Shown here: positions 47,885 through 53,519 of the stretch, in pieces
Layout: each line of letters starts with the position of its first letter
Position numbering within the stretch: the first letter of the stretch is position 1
Assembly (NCBI GenBank): GCA_016178075.1
Contig: JACOUA010000042.1
Coordinates: 1-53,519, forward strand
From: Acidobacteriota bacterium
Lineage (GTDB): Bacteria; Acidobacteriota; Vicinamibacteria; Vicinamibacterales; JACQTH01
DNA: 53,519 nucleotides
Direction of reading: 5' to 3'
Program-made: the position numbers and the translations under genes
Notes under the pieces: generated by a model
What the model was told of the DNA's origin: nothing
Seen by the model: the letters and a program-made list of their open reading frames with translations, nothing else
Database searches by the model: none

Positions 47885-48511
47885 ATGCCATTCGCGCTTG
47901 CCGCGCTCGCTTTCATCGCCACGCTCGCGGGACAGACCTTGGCCGTCCAGACGGCCGATTCTCCGATTCAGTGCGAGTTCCGGGTGTTCGACGGGGACCA
48001 GGAAGTCAGCGCCGAGACGACGCTGAGAATCTTTCCCAGTGGCAGGAGGGAAGGCGGCTTGACGGCGGGACCGGCTGACCGGCTGCTGGCCGGCCTTGTC
48101 GCCGGCCTGTACGACGTGCAAGCGGTCCGCGAGCGTCAGGGAAAGGTCGTCAGCATCAAATGGGCGGAGCGGCTCGTGGTCATGCACTATCCGGATGAAG
48201 CGGGCTTTCACCTCGAGGTGATCAACTTCAAGCCCGGATACGGCGCGCTGCAGCTCCGTCCCGCGATCGGCACCCTTCTGGATCTCGACGGGTTCGAGGC
48301 GCGCGCCGCGAGGCCGGGCGCTCGTACCGAGGAAGTCGGCCGCGCCGTCCGAGGCGAGAAGTACCTGTTGCTCGTGATACCGTCCGGAAGCTACGACGTC
48401 CAGCTCCGCGCGCGCGACGCCGCTCAGGGCGAGGGTCAGTGGCTGGCGGCGATCGAGGTGCCGGTCGATCGCACGCGGCTCAAGTCGGTCACGTTGCCCG
48501 TCAAACGCTGA
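47885..48511 (+). CDS. Secreted hypothetical protein
   Basis: Signal peptide; TGCTATAAT extended -10 at 47865-47873. Confidence 0.7.
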   Translation: MPFALAALAFIATLAGQTLAVQTADSPIQCEFRVFDGDQEVSAETTLRIFPSGRREGGLTAGPADRLLAGLVAGLYDVQAVRERQGKVVSIKWAERLVVMHYPDEAGFHLEVINFKPGYGALQLRPAIGTLLDLDGFEARAARPGARTEEVGRAVRGEKYLLLVIPSGSYDVQLRARDAAQGEGQWLAAIEVPVDRTRLKSVTLPVKR

Positions 48512-48537
48512 ACGCGCAGAGCTGCAAGCACCCGTTT

Positions 48538-48598
48538 AACCACGGAGCCCACAGAGACCACGGAGAGAACCTAATGTTCTCTGTGTGCTCTGTGAGCT
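48538..48598. repeat. Nonamer-period inverted-repeat element (CCACRGAGn / TCTGTGnGC)
   Basis: ccacggagc ccacagaga ccacggaga gaac-ctaat-gttc tctgtgtgc tctgtgagc. Confidence 0.75.
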
Positions 48599-48741
48599 GC
48601 TCAGAAAATCCCCGCCAAGAAGTTGACACGATCCGGCGGGATGGATTTTCATGCTACGGGGTGAGCCCCGCTCGTGACGACTCCGTGGTGATCGTGGGCA
48701 GTTTCTGAGGCTCCCGAGCTCAGGCTGAGCCGCCCTACTTC

Positions 48742-49638
48742 TCATCGCGGTATCTTGCTCGGCACGCGCTTCAGCTCCAGCGGCAAGGGCGGTCGTCCCG
48801 CCGCCTCCCAAGCGCCGGCCACGAACGAGGCGATGTCGCCAATCGACTCCGACAGGCGTCGCTCGAGCATCGGCTTCACCGCCGAGAACAGCGCCTCGTA
48901 GTAGCCGTCGTCATAGATCTCGCGGCCGGCGGCCGCTTGCTTGTCCGCGTCGAGCAGCGGCGCCACGAGCTTGTAGCTCTCGAGGATGATCGCGAACATC
49001 GCGTCGCGCGGCGCCTTCACGGGGGTGAGCGACGGCGGCGCGATCTTCAGCTTGTCGCGGTACCGCAGGAAGAGATCCGTTTCCCACCGCGCGTGGATGC
49101 CGTTCTGGTTCGTGAGCTGACCGTCGTGATTGCTCGCCGCGTGGAGCGGCACATGGCTATCCGCCACATAGTGCGCCAGCACCGCGGTGAAGAGCTTGAC
49201 GCTATCCAAGGCCATAGGCCGGTCGCGCGGCACATCCTGGAACGCTCGGACCAGGCGGCCGTACATTTCCGCCGCGCGCCAGGGCAGCACGCCGGTCCGC
49301 TCGACGACATCCGGCCCGTACTTCTGAATCGCCGCGCCGTACTCCCGCGGCAGCTCCTCGAACGGAAACGTGCCGTAGGCGTCGATGTTGATGAAGTGGC
49401 GCGGGGGCTCTTCCTCCCATCCCACGCTGCGCCACAGGTCAGGATCGATCGCATGATTCACGATGTAGGCGCGGTGCTTCTGGAAAAACGGCTGGATCGC
49501 CCCCGGCAGCACGTCGATGGCGCGATCGACGATGAAGTAGTGCGCCTCGAATCCCCAGCCGTGGAGGGGCCGACCCCCAGACAGCCAGAGCGTGGTGAGC
49601 GCGAGGGCCGGGATTGCGCGACGATGGATGGGGAGCAT
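48742..49638 (-). CDS. Zinc-dependent phospholipase C / S1-P1 nuclease family protein
   Basis: Mature N-terminus WGFEAH, PD, HFINID, HYVADSHVPLH, IHARWE. Confidence 0.85.
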   Translation of the reverse strand: MLPIHRRAIPALALTTLWLSGGRPLHGWGFEAHYFIVDRAIDVLPGAIQPFFQKHRAYIVNHAIDPDLWRSVGWEEEPPRHFINIDAYGTFPFEELPREYGAAIQKYGPDVVERTGVLPWRAAEMYGRLVRAFQDVPRDRPMALDSVKLFTAVLAHYVADSHVPLHAASNHDGQLTNQNGIHARWETDLFLRYRDKLKIAPPSLTPVKAPRDAMFAIILESYKLVAPLLDADKQAAAGREIYDDGYYEALFSAVKPMLERRLSESIGDIASFVAGAWEAAGRPPLPLELKRVPSKIPR

Positions 49639-49654
49639 GGTCCGTATACTAGTT

Positions 49655-49740
49655 GGGATTCGGGCTTCGGGATTCGGGAATCGGGATTCGTCAGACATCC
49701 AACAGCACAGGCGAAACCCGAACCCCGAGTCCCGAATCCC
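49655..49740. repeat. Heptamer inverted-repeat element (GGGATTC / CGAATCC)
   Basis: gggattc gggcttc gggattc gggaatc gggattc ... cgaaacc cgaaccc cgagtcc cgaatcc. Confidence 0.88.
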
Positions 49741-49746
49741 CAGCCG

Positions 49747-50712
49747 ATGGACAACCTCACGCACACCCTCTTCGCCCTGACGCTGGCCAACGCCGGCGTC
49801 GGCCGGCGGGATCCCGGCGTCACGGCGACGCTCCTCCTGTCGTCGAACGCGCCCGACATCGACATCGTCACGGCGTTCACGAGCGGCGCGGTGCAGTACC
49901 TCGCGGAGCACCGCGGACCCTCGCACGGGCCGATAGGCGTGCTGGCGCTCGCGACGCTGACGGCCGCGTTCGTCAGAATCTGCCAGGGCCGGGAGCGAGC
50001 GGCGCACACCTCGCTGACTCGTCTGGTCGCCGTCGCGCTCGTCGGCACACTCTGTCACGTCCTGATGGACTTACCGACGGCCTATCGCACGCGACTGCTG
50101 GATCCGTTCAACAAGGCCTGGTACGGCTTCGATTGGCTGCCGATCATCGATGTGTACCTGCTCGTCGTGCTTGGCGCCGGATTGCTGGCCGCGCAGGTCC
50201 GGCCGCGACGCCGGGCGCCGGTGGCGGCGGTCGTCCTTGTTCTCACGATCGCCAACTACGGACTGCGCGCGACGCTCAACGCCGCGGCGCTGCGAGAAGA
50301 ACGCGCGGCGTCGCCCCGCGCCGCCAAACTCGTCGACGCCGCCGCGATCCCGACATTCTTCTCGCCGTTTAGATGGCGGATCGTCCGGCGATACCCCACC
50401 GGCTACGAGCTGAGCGAGGTCGATCTGCTGAAACGCGCGGCTGGTTTGCGAGAGACGCAGGCAGATGGTCCCGTCTGGGTACCTGCCGAGGAGAGCCATT
50501 GGACCGTCCGTGCCAGCCAGAGCGCCACCGCGCGCGTGTTTCTCGACTTTTCCCGGTTCCCCGCCGCGCGGACGCTCTCTCACCCGGACGGCAGCGTGAC
50601 GGTTCGGTGGTCCGACCTCCGCTTCTTCGGCAACAATTTCTTCGTCGCGACGGTCCGCCTCAGTCCCGACGGCCTCATCCTGTCGGAGGCTTTGGGGGCC
50701 ATGGAGAATTGA
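49747..50712 (+). CDS. Membrane-bound metal-dependent hydrolase (YdjM-like)
   Basis: MDNLTH, NAPDID, HRGPSH, HVLMD, IID motifs. Confidence 0.85.
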   Translation: MDNLTHTLFALTLANAGVGRRDPGVTATLLLSSNAPDIDIVTAFTSGAVQYLAEHRGPSHGPIGVLALATLTAAFVRICQGRERAAHTSLTRLVAVALVGTLCHVLMDLPTAYRTRLLDPFNKAWYGFDWLPIIDVYLLVVLGAGLLAAQVRPRRRAPVAAVVLVLTIANYGLRATLNAAALREERAASPRAAKLVDAAAIPTFFSPFRWRIVRRYPTGYELSEVDLLKRAAGLRETQADGPVWVPAEESHWTVRASQSATARVFLDFSRFPAARTLSHPDGSVTVRWSDLRFFGNNFFVATVRLSPDGLILSEALGAMEN

Positions 50713-50843
50713 GAATTTGGTGATTGAGAATCTGGTAATTGATTGTTCAATCGGTCGATTGCTTAATTGACAATCTATTGCCCCTTACCCGATTCGACAA
50801 CCGAACGATCAATTGCCAGATTGCCAATCACCAGATTCTCAAT
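50704..50843. repeat. AT-rich 7/8-nt-period inverted-repeat element (GAGAATT/GGTRATT)
   Basis: ~35-bp arms (50709-50743 and 50808-50842) complementary with ~4 mismatches; supplies the TGA stop of the upstream gene. Confidence 0.8.
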
Positions 50844-50857
50844 GCAAGGAGCGGGTA

Positions 50858-51730
50858 TTGCCTCGCCTGGGCGCGCACGTGTCGATTGCTGGTGGCCTGC
50901 CATTGGCCGTCGAGCGCGCAGCCCTGCACCGGTGTGAGGCGTTCCAGATCTTTTCCAAGTCAGCGAATCAGTGGCGGGCGCGGCCCCTCCCGGCCGACGA
51001 GATCGTCGCCTTCCGGCGGCGAGTCGACGAAACTGGGATTCAGCCAGTCGTCGCCCACGCCAGCTATCTGATCAATCTCGCCGCCGGCGCCTCACCGCTG
51101 CGCGATCGGTCGATCGCATCGTTCGGCGAGGAGCTCGATCGCGCGGAAGCCCTGGGCCTGATGGGGGTCGTCATCCACCCGGGCGCATTTGTCACCGGCT
51201 CGGAAGACGATGGCCTGCGCCTCATCGCCAGCGCGATTGCAGCCACGTTGAAGACGCGCCGGCGCGGCCGCACGCTCGTCCTGCTCGAGGGCACCGCGGG
51301 TCAGGGTACGTCGCTCGGGTACCGATTCGAACATCTCGCCGACATCCTCACCAGAGTCGACGGCTCCCCACGCGTCGGCGTCTGTCTCGACACCTGCCAC
51401 CTGCTGGCTGCCGGTTTTGACATCTGCTCCGAGGGGGGATACCGCCGCACCTTCCGGGCCTTTGATCGCATCGTCGGCATCGATCGCCTGAAGGTGTTTC
51501 ACCTGAACGACTCGAAGCGCCCGTGTCAGAGCCGCATCGATCGGCACGAGCACATCGGCAAGGGCTGCATCGGACTGGAGCCGTTCAGCCGCCTGTTGAA
51601 CGATCGCCGGTTCAAGTCGCTGCCGATGCTGATCGAAACGCCGAAGACCGAAGGGCGCTGGGGCTCACGCGTGCAGGCCGATCCGCTCGACGAGATGAAC
51701 CTGGGCATTCTGAGGAGCCTCATGGGGTGA
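50858..51730 (+). CDS. nfo: Endonuclease IV (AP endonuclease 2)
   Basis: LGAHVS, HASYLINL, HPG, LEGTAGQG, CLDTCH, HLNDSK, DRHEHIG, IETP; AAGGAG RBS before TTG. Confidence 0.96.
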   Translation: MPRLGAHVSIAGGLPLAVERAALHRCEAFQIFSKSANQWRARPLPADEIVAFRRRVDETGIQPVVAHASYLINLAAGASPLRDRSIASFGEELDRAEALGLMGVVIHPGAFVTGSEDDGLRLIASAIAATLKTRRRGRTLVLLEGTAGQGTSLGYRFEHLADILTRVDGSPRVGVCLDTCHLLAAGFDICSEGGYRRTFRAFDRIVGIDRLKVFHLNDSKRPCQSRIDRHEHIGKGCIGLEPFSRLLNDRRFKSLPMLIETPKTEGRWGSRVQADPLDEMNLGILRSLMG

Positions 51731-51737
51731 TCATCGT

Positions 51738-51812
51738 CGGGATCGGGGGATCGGGGGTCGGGGATCGGTGAAACGTGTCTTTTCCGACCCCCGGCCCCCG
51801 ATCCCTGATCCC
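51738..51812. repeat. Heptamer inverted-repeat element (GGGATCG / CCGATCC)
   Basis: gggatcgg gggatcgg gggtcgg ggatcgg ... ccgaccc ccggccc ccgatcc ctgatcc. Confidence 0.85.
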
Positions 51813-52357
51813 TACGTGGGTTCCTCCTCCCCAAACACCTCCGCCTCGAACTTGTAGATCGTCGCGCCTTTTCTCCAGGCTTCCGGGTGAAGCGCGGCTT
51901 TCAGGCAGGCATGTCTGAGGAACGTTTCGCGATCCCAGGCCTGCTCGGTGGCGACCTGCGGCAGGAGCAGACCCCGCCGGAGGCCCTGCTCGACGATGAG
52001 GCCATGGCGCCCGATTTCGATCTCGGCGACGTCCCCGACGGGCTCGAACGGTCCCAGCACGGAGATCTCGATTCGAAGAAGGGAGAGCTCCTCGGCTGTG
52101 AGCGGGGGGAACCGCGGATCCTCCGCCGACGCCAGTACCGCGCACCTGCTCACGACCGAGACCAGCAGCTCGCCGCTGTCGACCGACCCGATGCATCCCC
52201 GGAGCTCGCCGGCCGTCCTGATGGTGACGAACGCCCTACCGAGGCGCGGCATCCGGGATGCGGCTGGGGGTGTTCGATCGGAGGCGACGAGATGCCGCTC
52301 GATCGCATCCCGAGCAATTCGCAGGAGCTCGAGGCGCTCGGGGGGACTCAGTTTCAT
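51812..52357 (-). CDS. amrA: AmmeMemoRadiSam system protein A (AMMECR1-like)
   Basis: AFVT...LRGCIG, DPRFPPL, IEISVL, GRHGL, GLLLPQVA. Confidence 0.93.
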   Translation of the reverse strand: MKLSPPERLELLRIARDAIERHLVASDRTPPAASRMPRLGRAFVTIRTAGELRGCIGSVDSGELLVSVVSRCAVLASAEDPRFPPLTAEELSLLRIEISVLGPFEPVGDVAEIEIGRHGLIVEQGLRRGLLLPQVATEQAWDRETFLRHACLKAALHPEAWRKGATIYKFEAEVFGEEEPT

Positions 52358-52370
52358 CTTTCTTTGGTTT

Positions 52371-52471
52371 GCGCTGGGGCGGCCGCTCCGCCCTTCCGAG
52401 AACAACGACCGGGCTCCGCGGCGGCTCATTACTTGATCCGGGGACCCCTGGATCCCCGTTGGCCCCAGCGC
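52371..52471. ncRNA. Candidate structured RNA (unassigned), 101 nt
   Basis: Perfect 10-bp closing stem GCGCTGGGGC/GCCCCAGCGC; internal GATCCGGGGACCCCTGGATC palindrome; no family motif recognised. Confidence 0.4.
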
Positions 52472-52477
52472 CTGCCA

Positions 52478-52595
52478 TCCGCCTTCGCCAAGGCTATGGC
52501 GGACAAGCGGCCTTGCCCGCCGACCAGCCTCCGCCAAGGCTTCGGTGGTCCGCCGTCGCTTCAGCGAAGGCGGAAGCTCGAAGAGCGGAGGCGGG
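52478..52595. repeat. Nested TCCGCCnTCGCnnnGCnnnGGCGGA-type palindromic repeats
   Basis: Related units at 52478-52503, 52528-52548 and 52549-52574. Confidence 0.7.
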
Positions 52596-52621
52596 TCGCT
52601 CGCGCTCGCCGCGCTGACTCG

Positions 52622-53500
52622 TCACAACGATCCGCTTGAGTGCGGCGCCCTCGTCGAGAAGGTCCCGAACGCGGCGGCCAGATATCCCACGACCGCCGAC
52701 TTGTCCCCGGACACGTCGCCGGAGTCCGCGTAGCGCAGCACGGCGGCCTCGCGGGCCCCGAGCGCCCGCGCCGCCAGCATCACCGACACGGTGGGCCCGC
52801 CGCCACAGGCGTGCTGCGGGTTGTCCTCGAGCGCCGCGAGCAGCCCCTCAGGGTCGAAGCGCTCGATGAGCTCGATGACCTCGCGGTCGAGCGACGCGGC
52901 GGTGCGGGCGTCGAAGTAATGCGACAGATCCGTGCTCGCCACCAGAAGGACGCGCCGGCCGGCCAGCGATTGGGCCAGCGCGCGGCCGAGCTCTTCCACC
53001 GTCTCGCGGGTCTGATATCCCATGAGGAGCGGGACAATCGGCACGTCGGGCAGCACGCGTGTCACAAACGGCAATTGCATCTCGAGCGAGTGCTCGCGCG
53101 CATGAGCGGCCGCATGTCGGCGAACAAGCGGCGACGCCGCGATCATCGCCTCGGCGTCCGGTTCAGAGACGGCCACCGGTCCGAGCGGGAAGTCGAAACG
53201 CACCGCCTCCGGCAAGGCGACGCCGTCGAACCCCACGAAATGCGACGGCCCGACCAGGATGACGAGGTCGAAGCGCCGCCCGCTGACCAGTCGATAACTG
53301 AATGCCGCGACGGGACCTGAGTACATGAGGCCCGCGTGGGGGGCGATCACGGCCACCACCTCCCCGCCGGGATCCCGTTCCGTGCGCGCCAGGTAGTCAT
53401 CGACCTCGCGCTCGAGGCGCGCGGGGCTCGCCGGATACCACGAACCGGCCACGGCCGCGGGTCGCGTCGATTGTGGTCGCATCTGGCTGGATGTTAGCAT
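52622..53500 (-). CDS. amrB: AmmeMemoRadiSam system protein B (MEMO1-like)
   Basis: RPAAVAGSWYP, APHAGLMYSG, GPSH, EHSLEMQLPF, STDLSHY, ACG, SGD, VVGY. Confidence 0.95.
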   Translation of the reverse strand: MLTSSQMRPQSTRPAAVAGSWYPASPARLEREVDDYLARTERDPGGEVVAVIAPHAGLMYSGPVAAFSYRLVSGRRFDLVILVGPSHFVGFDGVALPEAVRFDFPLGPVAVSEPDAEAMIAASPLVRRHAAAHAREHSLEMQLPFVTRVLPDVPIVPLLMGYQTRETVEELGRALAQSLAGRRVLLVASTDLSHYFDARTAASLDREVIELIERFDPEGLLAALEDNPQHACGGGPTVSVMLAARALGAREAAVLRYADSGDVSGDKSAVVGYLAAAFGTFSTRAPHSSGSL

Positions 53501-53519
53501 CTACCCTCCATGGCCGATC

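Noticed and set aside
24009-51812. CRISPR array interpretation of the short tandem repeats
   Set aside because: Units are 7-9 nt and contiguous, with no 25-45-nt unique spacers and no cas genes
52371-52471. SRP RNA, RNase P RNA, tRNA or c-di-AMP riboswitch
   Set aside because: No CAGG-GRAA-AGCA loop, no GAGGAAAGUCC, no T-loop/CCA, and ydaO-like words fall on opposite strands

Overview
GC-rich bacterial chromosomal segment, most consistent with Acidobacteriota (Vicinamibacteria-like; inferred from gene families and repeat types, not from a search). It has about 45 CDS and no rRNA, tRNA, CRISPR array or transposase. The left 14.5 kb is an accessory periplasmic catabolism/redox island: a LacI regulator with two near-identical operator-like palindromes, a decayed SelA-like/RidA/amidohydrolase module, a Tat sugar-isomerase-like protein, a TonB-receptor remnant, and two [diheme cytochrome c + 'acido-empty' PQQ-type quinoprotein] modules facing each other around a TPR + CRTAC1/ASPIC pair, plus a creatininase-family gene and a YVTN beta-propeller lipoprotein. 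The rest is mostly housekeeping/envelope genes (swivel-first aconitase-family enzyme, HtrA, aat, ispG, VIT1, GGT, TolB-like/M28, rhomboid, queG, GH99-like, acnA, matrixin, lpxB, M16 pair, lpxD, nfo, amrA/amrB). Three patterns stand out: (1) at least 10 mostly intergenic elements built of tandem ~7-nt units, usually followed by their reverse complements, with different unit sequences but the same architecture; (2) quinoproteins with an altered cofactor pocket and a lanthanide-type DxD motif, one co-operonic with an MftE-like creatininase; (3) at least 7 deletion scars (real decay or assembly artefact). A ~100-nt structured RNA candidate lies between amrB and amrA. All calls come from motif recognition by eye; no searches were run.
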